Assembly (NCBI GenBank): GCA_040219255.1
Contig: JAVJSW010000004.1
Span: 64,001 to 128,000, forward strand
Reading direction: 5' to 3'
Source of the DNA: Sumerlaeia bacterium
GTDB taxonomy: Bacteria > Sumerlaeota > Sumerlaeia > SLMS01 > JAHLLQ01
DNA length: 64,000 nt
A model generated the notes under the pieces. It was not told the origin of the DNA. It did no database searches and saw only the letters and a list, made by a program, of their open reading frames with translations. This document shows positions 11,473 to 19,576 of this stretch, in pieces (positions within the stretch are counted from its first letter, which is position 1; each line of letters begins with the position of its first letter). A program made the position numbers and the translations under genes.

Positions 11473-12278
11473 GGCGCGGAACGCTTCTCCATCCCTCGCC
11501 AGAAGCGATGGCTGTGGAGCGGCGTTTCCAGGTGCATCGCCGCAAGCCGAGCCAGCGCGTCGATCAGTTGCGCGCCGTGGGCCGCGCCCAGGCTGGCCAG
11601 CTCCGACCGCACCATGCCCCTGTGCGAGTCGTAAAGGAAACGGACCGCCTCAGGAGGCAGCGGCATCTGGCGCGCTTTCTCCGGCGGAAAGTGAGGCCAG
11701 TCGATGGGGCCGGCGGGCTGGCGGCCTTCCAGGTGAACGCGGCCTTCGCTCAGGTCCATCCAGAACGCGCGGGGTTTTTCCGCACCGCCGACGGGCCTGA
11801 GCAGCGCTTCGTCGAGGAAGGGTTCGTAACCGGCCCAAGCCAGCGTCTTCAAGAGCCCCAGGGCTGCAGCGGTCTGCACATCCTCGCCGGAGCAGGTTTC
11901 CAGCGCGGCCAGGGTTTCCTCCGCCACGGCCATGAGTTCGGGGCTTTCCTGACCGATTTCACAGGACGCGGAAGCCGTTTCGGCCACGAGGGCGCCAAGC
12001 GCCAGCCGCTTCAAGTCGCGCCGCAGCGAAGCCCGTTCCTCCAGAAACACCGCTTCCTTCAACAGCACCGTCTCGGCGGATTCGTCGCGCAGGAAGCCGG
12101 AGACCTCGACCGTCGCGAGAGGCTGCAAGATCCCGGCGTGGCGGCTTTTGGGCCGCTTCAGGCCCTTGGCCACCAGTGTGATTCGGCCGTATTCGGCGGT
12201 CAGCAGCTTGACCATCTCGGAGGATTCGCTGAAGGCGTGGGAGCCGAGCACGAGCGCGCGGAATACGACGGGCGGCAT
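11469..12278 (-). CDS. recO: DNA repair protein RecO
   Basis: ALVLGSHAFSESSEMVKLLTAEYGRITLVAKGLKRPKSR..LQP (RecO N-terminal OB fold); C-terminal HLETPLHS. Confidence 0.88.
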   Translation of the reverse strand: MPPVVFRALVLGSHAFSESSEMVKLLTAEYGRITLVAKGLKRPKSRHAGILQPLATVEVSGFLRDESAETVLLKEAVFLEERASLRRDLKRLALGALVAETASASCEIGQESPELMAVAEETLAALETCSGEDVQTAAALGLLKTLAWAGYEPFLDEALLRPVGGAEKPRAFWMDLSEGRVHLEGRQPAGPIDWPHFPPEKARQMPLPPEAVRFLYDSHRGMVRSELASLGAAHGAQLIDALARLAAMHLETPLHSHRFWRGMEKRSAP

Positions 12279-12283
12279 GGGAT

Positions 12284-12739
12284 CTACCGCGCGTCGAGAA
12301 GCGCAACGAAATCGCCCCGGAATCGGCCGGCGAGGGCACCGCCGCTTTGAACGGCGGCTTCCACGGCGAGGCGGGCTTTGCGGCGCCGTTCGAGGACTCG
12401 CAGAAAACGGCCCCAGGCTTCTTCGCCGGGATGGGCGCACTCGGCCGAGAAGTCCCTCAGCGCGGGCAGGTCGAAGTCCATTTCGTTGCGCTGGATCACG
12501 ATGCGGGCTTGCGCGTGGCCGGCGCACTCCAGGTTCCACCGCACCCAGCTCCAGCACGCCAGTGTCGCCACGGCATTCAGGCTGCCGCCGAAGACACTCT
12601 GGCGATGGTTGATGTTGGGGGCGAGGGGCGCTTCGAGGAGCACGCGCTGGGCGCTGGCTTCGCGGACGCGGACCGCCATGGCGGCGCTCAGCGGAATGTG
12701 CTCGTGCAGGTAAGCCTGCATTTCGGCCGGGGTCATCAT
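12284..12739 (-). CDS. YiiD C-terminal-like hotdog/thioesterase domain protein
   Basis: YLHEHIPLSAAM...APLAPNINHRQSVFGGSL..VATLACW. Start overlaps the upstream gene's stop. Confidence 0.85.
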   Translation of the reverse strand: MMTPAEMQAYLHEHIPLSAAMAVRVREASAQRVLLEAPLAPNINHRQSVFGGSLNAVATLACWSWVRWNLECAGHAQARIVIQRNEMDFDLPALRDFSAECAHPGEEAWGRFLRVLERRRKARLAVEAAVQSGGALAGRFRGDFVALLDAR

Positions 12740-13857
12740 GGGGCGGCGGAGGCTCCCCGGCGACGGCTGACGCGCTCCATGACGTAGATGCCCAGGAAGA
12801 CGAGGGCGACCACGGCGAGCTGAACCAGCCCGTAGGCCGTATCGAGGCGCCGCAGCGCCACCGCCGCGAGGCCCGTGCACAGCGCAGTGCCGTAGATAAA
12901 GAGAACCGCACCGGTCCGGGTCATGCCGAGATCCACCATGCGGTGGCTGAAATGATTCTTGTCGCCCTCCATCAGGGACCGGCCGGCGCGCCACCGAATC
13001 CACATCACCGACAGCGTGTCGAAGATCGGCACGCCCAGCACGATCACCGGCATCAAAATCGGCAGCCGCGTCGGCACACCCTCCTCGTAATAGGTCGCCA
13101 CCGTGGTCAGCGCGGCGAAGAGAAAGCCGAGGTGCGTGGAACCGCTGTCGCCCAGGAAGATGGAGGCCTTGGGGAAATTGAAGAACCAGAAGCCCATCGC
13201 CGCCCCCGCCAGGAGGACGAAGGCGAGAAGCATGAACCACTCTCCGGAGAGTGCCGAAAGCAGCGCCAGCACAAGGGCCATGATGACGGCGAGACCGCTC
13301 GTCAGGCCGTTCATGTTGTCCAGGAAATTGAGGCTGTTGGTCAAGAAAACGACCCACAGCGCCGTCAACGCCCATCCAACGGGATCGGGCAGAAAAAAGC
13401 GGATAACGACGCCGGAGGCAATGAGCGGAACGGTGGCGAGGGTCTGGACGGCGAGGCGCAGCTTCGCGGGGAGGTTCTTGGCGTCGTCCACCGCGCCCAA
13501 GACAAAGATAATCAAGGCTCCGCAAGCAATGCCGAGGAGCTTGCGGCCCGGCGAATCAGCGGAGAAATCGGCCACGTTTGCGGCGTAGAGGCGAATGCCC
13601 TCGGGCAGGAAGGCAAGCTGCGGCACCAACCAGACCGCGAGTGCCACGTTCAGTAGCAGACAGCCCCAAAACGCGGTGAAAATCGCGAGGCCGCCGCTGC
13701 GTGGGATGGGCTCGGTGTGAATTTTCCGCTCGAGCCCCGGCTGATCCACCATGCCGAGCGGCCGCGCAACCCGCTTGGCCAGCGGCGTCAGCAACGCCGA
13801 CACCAGGAGGGCTTGCAGGAAAGCCAGAATCGCAAGCAGAAGGAAGGGGGCCAACAT
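12736..13857 (-). CDS. Undecaprenyl-phosphate GlcNAc-1-phosphate transferase (WecA/TagO, MraY family)
   Basis: D-x-P..RKIH..PIPRSGG, GAVDD, NSLNFLDNMNG, IFLGDSGS, DKNHFSHR; multi-TM. Confidence 0.92.
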   Translation of the reverse strand: MLAPFLLLAILAFLQALLVSALLTPLAKRVARPLGMVDQPGLERKIHTEPIPRSGGLAIFTAFWGCLLLNVALAVWLVPQLAFLPEGIRLYAANVADFSADSPGRKLLGIACGALIIFVLGAVDDAKNLPAKLRLAVQTLATVPLIASGVVIRFFLPDPVGWALTALWVVFLTNSLNFLDNMNGLTSGLAVIMALVLALLSALSGEWFMLLAFVLLAGAAMGFWFFNFPKASIFLGDSGSTHLGFLFAALTTVATYYEEGVPTRLPILMPVIVLGVPIFDTLSVMWIRWRAGRSLMEGDKNHFSHRMVDLGMTRTGAVLFIYGTALCTGLAAVALRRLDTAYGLVQLAVVALVFLGIYVMERVSRRRGASAAP

Positions 13858-14021
13858 GGGGGTTTGGGGGGGCTGCTCCTCGCGGGGATCAAAGCCCCCA
13901 AACACTGCCGCCCAGGCGCCGGACCGCAAGGGAAGCCTTGGAATTCGCCGCGAAGGCGGGGCTGCACGGAGGAGGCTCGGCGGGAGATGGACGATGCGGG
14001 CGAGCCGGCGGCCCTGTCAGC

Positions 14022-15329
14022 TCATGCCTGCGAGAAGACTTCCTCGAGCGACTCACAAGTCGCCGACTCCAGAAGCGCCCATTCCTCATCACCCAGCGCC
14101 GCTGAGAGGAACCAGGACTCGAACTGGGCCGGGGGCAGGTGGATGCCCCGGTCGAGCATGGCGTGGAAGAAGCGGCCAAAGGCCGCGGTGTCGCACTGCG
14201 CGGCGTCGTCATAATCGCGCACTGGTTCCCCGCGAAAGAAGAGCGTGATCATGGAGCCGATACTGCTCGTCACGACCGGGTAGCCGCGCTCGGCAATGAA
14301 GGCGTCGACCGCCGCGCGATAAGCCACCACGCGGTCGGCGAGCGCATCGTAGAGTCCGGGACGGGCTTCCAGATGCCGCAGCGTCGCCAGCCCCGCCGCC
14401 ATGCCGAGCGGATTTCCGGAGAGCGTACCGGCCTGATAAACAGGGCCGTCGGGTGCGATGTGGCGCATCAGGTCTTCGCGCCCGCCGTAGGCGCCCACCG
14501 GCAGGCCGCCGCCGATGATCTTGCCCAGCGTCGTCAGGTCGGGCATGACGGCGAAGTGGGTCTGGGCGCCGCCGAAGCCGAGACGGAAGCCGGTCATGAC
14601 TTCGTCGAAAATCAGCAGGGCCCCGTGAAAATCGCAGAGCTGGCGCAGGCCTTCCAGGAAGCCGTCTTCCGGCAGAACGCAGCCCATGTTGCCGGCCACG
14701 GGCTCGACGATGACACCGGCGATCTGACCGGGGTGGGCTTCGAAATGGGCGCGGACGCTGTCGAGATCGTTGTAGCGCGCGTTGAGCGTCGATTTCGCCG
14801 CGCCCTGGGGCACGCCGGGGCTGCTCGGCAGGCCGAGGGTCGCCATGCCGCTGCCGGCCTTGGACAAGAAGGCATCGCCATGGCCGTGGTAGCAGCCTTC
14901 GAACTTGATCAGGAGGTCACGGCCGGTGGCTCCGCGGGCCAGACGCAGGGCGCTCATCGTGGCTTCCGTGCCGGAATTGACCATCCGGAGCACGTCGATG
15001 GAAGGCACGGCCGAAACGACGAGTTCGGCGATTTCGACTTCGAGCCGGGTCGGCGCGCCATAGCTGGTGCCGCGGGCGAGTTGCTCGTGCAGTGCGGCGA
15101 CGACCTCTGGGTGGTTGTAGCCCAGAATCATCGGCCCCCAGGAGTTGTAGCAATCGAGATAGCGATTGTCGTCCTCGTCGTAGAGCCAGGGGCCATCGGC
15201 CCGCGCGATGAAGCGGGGGGTACCGCCAACGGCGCGAAAGGCTCGCACCGGCGAGTTGACTCCGCCGGGGATGAAGCGCCGGGCGCGGTCGAAAAGGGCA
15301 TCGCTCTCGGCGGTCCGGAGGTTGGTCAT
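14022..15329 (-). CDS. hemL: Glutamate-1-semialdehyde 2,1-aminomutase
   Basis: IPGGVNSPVRAF, SGTEATMSA, FEGCYHGH, FDEVMTGFR, GKIIGGGLPVG, YQAGTLSGNP. Confidence 0.97.
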   Translation of the reverse strand: MTNLRTAESDALFDRARRFIPGGVNSPVRAFRAVGGTPRFIARADGPWLYDEDDNRYLDCYNSWGPMILGYNHPEVVAALHEQLARGTSYGAPTRLEVEIAELVVSAVPSIDVLRMVNSGTEATMSALRLARGATGRDLLIKFEGCYHGHGDAFLSKAGSGMATLGLPSSPGVPQGAAKSTLNARYNDLDSVRAHFEAHPGQIAGVIVEPVAGNMGCVLPEDGFLEGLRQLCDFHGALLIFDEVMTGFRLGFGGAQTHFAVMPDLTTLGKIIGGGLPVGAYGGREDLMRHIAPDGPVYQAGTLSGNPLGMAAGLATLRHLEARPGLYDALADRVVAYRAAVDAFIAERGYPVVTSSIGSMITLFFRGEPVRDYDDAAQCDTAAFGRFFHAMLDRGIHLPPAQFESWFLSAALGDEEWALLESATCESLEEVFSQA

Positions 15330-16393
15330 CAGGCGGCTCCTTCGCCGAGGTGCCTGGCGGCGGCGGGGCGTTCGCGTCGGGATTGCCAGGAGGCGACGCT
15401 CGCCGCGATCATGGCTTCGGCGCGGTGGCGGTCTTCGTTGCGCAGCGTGCGCGTGCGGGCGATGCGGCGCTGGAAGTCCGCCATGGAATAAAGGTGGACA
15501 CCGGGCAGCCGGGTCACGTCCGGCGCCACATTGGCGGGTACGGACAAATCGAGCAGTGCCAGAGGCGGGGCCTCGCCTCTGAGGCGCAACGCCTCCGCCG
15601 CGAGGGCGGAAGTCAGCACGGCGCGTGGAGCCCCGGTGGCGAACGCCGCCACATCGGCGCAGGCGAGAGCCTCGGCGAGGGCCTCCCAGGGAAGAACGCA
15701 GGACGGTCCGGCGAGGGTCGCGGCCAAGTCGCGGGCTCGCTGCTGGTGGCGATTGATCAGAAGAATGGTTTCCGCCCCCTGGCGAGAGAACGCGCGGGCG
15801 ATCTGTGCGCCGGTGTCTCCGGCGCCGACGACGAGGGCGGTCTTGCCGGAAAGGGTTCCAGCCAGCGCCTCGCCAGCCATGGCGCATGCGACGGAGACGA
15901 CCGAACCCTGGCCTCGGCCGATGGCGGTGCGATTGCGCACCCGCTTGGAAATGCACAGGGCGCTGCGGCAGAGACTCTCCAGTTCGGAGCCTAACGACTT
16001 CACGGCTTGGCTCCGCGTCATAGCGTGGCGAATTTGAGAGACGATTTCGCTCTCGCCCACCACCAGCGAGTCGAGCCCACAGGCCACCCGGAAAAGATGG
16101 GCGGCGGCGGCGCAATCGATGGCGGAGTAGGACGCATCGCGCCATTCGCGGGGGGCCAGTTCATTCATCTGGCGCACGGCGCCATCCACCGCGGCCCAAG
16201 CCCAATCCGCCGAATCCGCCGCGAGATAGACTTCCGTGCGGTTACAGGTCGCCAGGAGAAACGCCTCGCGAATGCCACGGCTCGCCCCCAGGCACCGGAG
16301 GAACGTTCCTTGGGCATCGGGCGCGACGGCCATCCGATTCAGGAGTTCGAAGGACGCGGTGTGGTGGCTGGCTCCGTGGAGAAAAAGAGGCAT
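15329..16393 (-). CDS. hemA: Glutamyl-tRNA reductase (short C-terminus)
   Basis: ATCNRTEVY (catalytic Cys), GLDSLVVGESEI..Q, VGAGDTG, DLSVPANV. Directly upstream of hemL. Confidence 0.92.
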   Translation of the reverse strand: MPLFLHGASHHTASFELLNRMAVAPDAQGTFLRCLGASRGIREAFLLATCNRTEVYLAADSADWAWAAVDGAVRQMNELAPREWRDASYSAIDCAAAAHLFRVACGLDSLVVGESEIVSQIRHAMTRSQAVKSLGSELESLCRSALCISKRVRNRTAIGRGQGSVVSVACAMAGEALAGTLSGKTALVVGAGDTGAQIARAFSRQGAETILLINRHQQRARDLAATLAGPSCVLPWEALAEALACADVAAFATGAPRAVLTSALAAEALRLRGEAPPLALLDLSVPANVAPDVTRLPGVHLYSMADFQRRIARTRTLRNEDRHRAEAMIAASVASWQSRRERPAAARHLGEGAA

Positions 16394-16516
16394 CGGTCGG
16401 TGTTCAAGAGGATTGGCTCAGATTGGGGACGCGAACCCGGTGGCGCAACGTAGGATTCGGCCCCCCAGTCCGCGCAAGCAGAAATTCCCACCAACTCAGT
16501 AGGAATTTGATGCCCT

Positions 16517-16549
16517 CAAGAAAACGGCGCCCCCGATAGAGGGCGCCGC
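16517..16549 (-). terminator. Intrinsic terminator closing the secreted-protein operon
   Basis: Minus strand CGGCGCCCTC-TATC-GGGGGCGCCG followed by TTTTCTT. Confidence 0.75.
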
Positions 16550-16577
16550 CTAGGGATTACCGCTTGATGCGCTGGGC

Positions 16578-19493
16578 TTAGCGCAGGTTCGTCAGGGATT
16601 CGGGCGAGACTTCCTTGAGCACGAGATCGCGCAGGATAAGGGTCGTGTCGCCATTGTCCGACTCGGTGAAGTGAGTGACTTCGAAGGAGAAGCGGACGCC
16701 CTGGTCTGCCACGGCCTGATTGCTGGGGCGATAGTAGACCCGGTAGAGCTTGCCGCCGACGCTGGTGGGCGGATTGGCGGCGTCCTCGGTCAGGCCGGCG
16801 ATGGTGAGGGCGATGCTCTCTTCGCCGGTGCCGCTGGAGAGGCGAAGACGGAAGTCGGGAACCTTGAGCGGATCGGCCTCCGTGCTGCCAATGCGGGCCT
16901 CGGCCACGTATACGCGGTCGGCGCGCAACTGGGTCGTTTCCGAACCATCGGCCGTGCGGACGTTGAGCAGGGGGCTTTCCCAGAAGCCCCAGGAGGGGGC
17001 GGTTCCGGGGGTGATTTCCAGGCCCATTTCGGACACGCCGTACTTCGGCGAACCGAGATCCACCTCCTGGCCAGGGGTCCAATTGGTGGCTGTCAGGTCC
17101 GGTTCGCCGCTGGCGGTGCCCTTCGAATCCACGGTCGGCTGAGTGATCAGATCGACAAAGTTGTCGTCGGCCACTTCGGAAACGTAGGGATTGTAGACGC
17201 CCGATTCGAGATTCGAGAAGATGGCGAGCGGGTCGGCCCGGAGGTACACCGGGTTGTTCTCGTAGATTTCAGTCAGTTCGGGCGTGATGTTGCGGGCATT
17301 GGAGACGATGGGTTGGCCGTCGGGGCCGACGTCGGAGGTGTTGCGGAAGAGTTCGCCGAAGCGGCTGGTGGGCATGTTGGGGTAGCGTTCGCGCAGAAGC
17401 ATGGCGAAACCGCCCAGGTGCGCCACCGCGGCGGAAGGACCGACGAAGGAGCGTTCGGTGCGTATGCCAGCCAGCGAGCACTTCTTGGACGAGTAGGTGT
17501 CGACCGACGCGTAGCCGACGACGGTGGGGTGTTGCTGGCCGTGATACCATTGCAGGAATTGGCCTTGGAACTGGAGGGCGCCTTGAGGCGTGAGGCCGGG
17601 GATGATTCCGTCGCCCAGGGTGCTGCGCGACTGCGAGCTATCGATGTGACCGACACTGACGACCGGCTCCAGCGCGTCGGCGTTGTTGGTCGGCACGCCG
17701 TGGGTCAGGTATTGGCTTTCGGAAACCTGGCCCGACTCGATCACAAGAGTGAACAGGGTGCGCGCGTTCGAGCGCTGATCCTTGCGCGTCATCACCAGAG
17801 AGAGGGGCTGGCCCTCCACCGGGAAGTAGACGAGGCGTTCGACGGGATTGTCGGAGGCGCCGTTTTGAATGTTGGTCGAGCGCGCGACGGCCTGATCAAG
17901 ACGCAGGGTGCTGCGGGGCACCAGGTAGAGGTCCAGATCGTCGGTGGCGCGGGGATCGCTGTCGTCCCAAAGGTCGTCATAGACCAGCGTGACGATGATC
18001 GGATCGAATCCGCCAAAGAGGCCGGTGCCGGAACCATTCGACGGAACGGGGTTGATGTTCAGCGCTTCATCGCGGTTTTCGACGATGCCGGTGGACCAGG
18101 AATGGACCTTGGTGCGGGTCGGCAGCGGGTCGGGGTTGAAGTAGCCGACGACGAACATGGGGAACCGCGTCGCGCGGGTCACGCCCGTGGGGTTGGGTTC
18201 GGTGTACGCGCCGCCGGTCACGAAATAGGGGACGTTCTCGGTGCGGGCGAATTCTGTGGCGCCACGGGAAATGAAGCTCGACCCATCGTAACGGCCGGCG
18301 TCGGTGAAGATCAGGTTGTCGACGATGGTGTCGACGTTGCGGCGGCGGAGGAACTCGCGGCCCAGCTCGACCTGCAAGTCGGTGCTGCCGTCGGCGTAGA
18401 AGTAACAGGCTTCCGGTGCGATGTCGTAGAGCACCTCGAGGATCGCCTGACCTTCCGGGAAGGGGTTTTGGAAGGCGAGGTTTTCGGCCACGTTAAAGAG
18501 GTGTTCCTGATACGTGGCGGGGAAAATTTCGATACCGCCGTAGAAACCGAAGGGGCGGTTCGCGCAGACGGCGAGCATGCTGCCGAGCGCTAGATCGTCG
18601 GACAGATCGCTTCCGCACGGAGCCAGGGGCAGGTCGCGGGAAAAATGAGCTTCCTGGCAAACGCCCCAAAGGAGAAAATTGCCGCCATCGGCAATCATGC
18701 CGTCTTCCAGACCGATTGGAACGAACGGCGTGTATCGGGAGCATTCGTCGTCGAAATTTTTCTCGCCGCCGCCGGAGAAATCGGGATCGGCGATCGTGCC
18801 GATCGTCGTGTCGCCGATGTCGGGGAGGGGGGTCAGATTCAGATAGTCGCGACTGTCGGGAATGAGGGAGGTGGACAGGACGCCGACGGAAACTCCGGAG
18901 CCATCGAGGTTGTAAACGGGACGGATGAGGCGGGTGCCCTGGAGCGAGTCGCCCTGGGTTTCGAACTCGCCGGAGGTTGGCTGGGCGTAGCTGGGCCGGC
19001 GGATGCGGCGCACCGCCGGGTGCTCGGCGAGGTTCTCCAACTGCTGGATGTCGACGTAGCCCTGGAGCAGGGGGCGCGAAGGGGAGACGAAGCGGACCTC
19101 GAGGCCGAGGGCGGCGAGTTCGTCGTAGATTTCGGCGGATTTCTCGCGCAGCAGGACATAAACCTCGACCTGCGTGAGATTCTCACCGGCGAGCCGGAAG
19201 AGCGGCTTGCTGCGTTGACCCGAAGCGAGGGCCCGCATGGCGCTGCGGTCCTTGCGGGAGGCGGCGGCTTTGAGCTGCTCCACAACGGCCAGGAGGTCGT
19301 CGCTGATGACAGGATGGGTGGGAGCCACCTTGGCCTTGGCCAGCGATTCGCGGGGAATGAGCGCTTCCTCGTAGTCCGCACTGGCGGCACTGACCGCCGG
19401 GAACGCCGCGAAGGCCGCCGCGGTGGCGAGCGCCGCGACGCCCATGCGGGTTAAGCGCTTGGTTTTGGAGAGCATCACATCCGGCTTTTTCAT
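16578..19493 (-). CDS. Secreted subtilase (S8/S53-like) fold protein with degenerate catalytic motifs and a C-terminal beta domain
   Basis: Signal peptide, propeptide-like region, LDGSGVSVGVLSTS, EGQAILEVLYDIAPEA, DLDLYL, FVGPSAAVAHLGG. Confidence 0.75.
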   Translation of the reverse strand: MKKPDVMLSKTKRLTRMGVAALATAAAFAAFPAVSAASADYEEALIPRESLAKAKVAPTHPVISDDLLAVVEQLKAAASRKDRSAMRALASGQRSKPLFRLAGENLTQVEVYVLLREKSAEIYDELAALGLEVRFVSPSRPLLQGYVDIQQLENLAEHPAVRRIRRPSYAQPTSGEFETQGDSLQGTRLIRPVYNLDGSGVSVGVLSTSLIPDSRDYLNLTPLPDIGDTTIGTIADPDFSGGGEKNFDDECSRYTPFVPIGLEDGMIADGGNFLLWGVCQEAHFSRDLPLAPCGSDLSDDLALGSMLAVCANRPFGFYGGIEIFPATYQEHLFNVAENLAFQNPFPEGQAILEVLYDIAPEACYFYADGSTDLQVELGREFLRRRNVDTIVDNLIFTDAGRYDGSSFISRGATEFARTENVPYFVTGGAYTEPNPTGVTRATRFPMFVVGYFNPDPLPTRTKVHSWSTGIVENRDEALNINPVPSNGSGTGLFGGFDPIIVTLVYDDLWDDSDPRATDDLDLYLVPRSTLRLDQAVARSTNIQNGASDNPVERLVYFPVEGQPLSLVMTRKDQRSNARTLFTLVIESGQVSESQYLTHGVPTNNADALEPVVSVGHIDSSQSRSTLGDGIIPGLTPQGALQFQGQFLQWYHGQQHPTVVGYASVDTYSSKKCSLAGIRTERSFVGPSAAVAHLGGFAMLLRERYPNMPTSRFGELFRNTSDVGPDGQPIVSNARNITPELTEIYENNPVYLRADPLAIFSNLESGVYNPYVSEVADDNFVDLITQPTVDSKGTASGEPDLTATNWTPGQEVDLGSPKYGVSEMGLEITPGTAPSWGFWESPLLNVRTADGSETTQLRADRVYVAEARIGSTEADPLKVPDFRLRLSSGTGEESIALTIAGLTEDAANPPTSVGGKLYRVYYRPSNQAVADQGVRFSFEVTHFTESDNGDTTLILRDLVLKEVSPESLTNLR

Positions 19494-19576
19494 GCGAACT
19501 GAGAGTCCACCTCGAAAGAGTGAGTGAGGACGCTCTCCCAAAGCCAAGGCTTCGGCAAGCGCCTTCTTGGTTGGCC

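Noticed and set aside
14022-16145. 707-aa ORF suggesting an N-terminally extended HemL; likewise extended RecO, YiiD-like, Tkt and EIIA ORFs
   Set aside because: The extensions overlap neighbouring real genes and are low-complexity Arg/Pro/Gly text; true starts lie downstream.
16481-16507. AAATTCC...GGAATTT inverted repeat upstream of hemA; also ATCCGA-TTG-TCGGAT near 41755
   Set aside because: Short single occurrences that cannot be distinguished from chance without comparative data.
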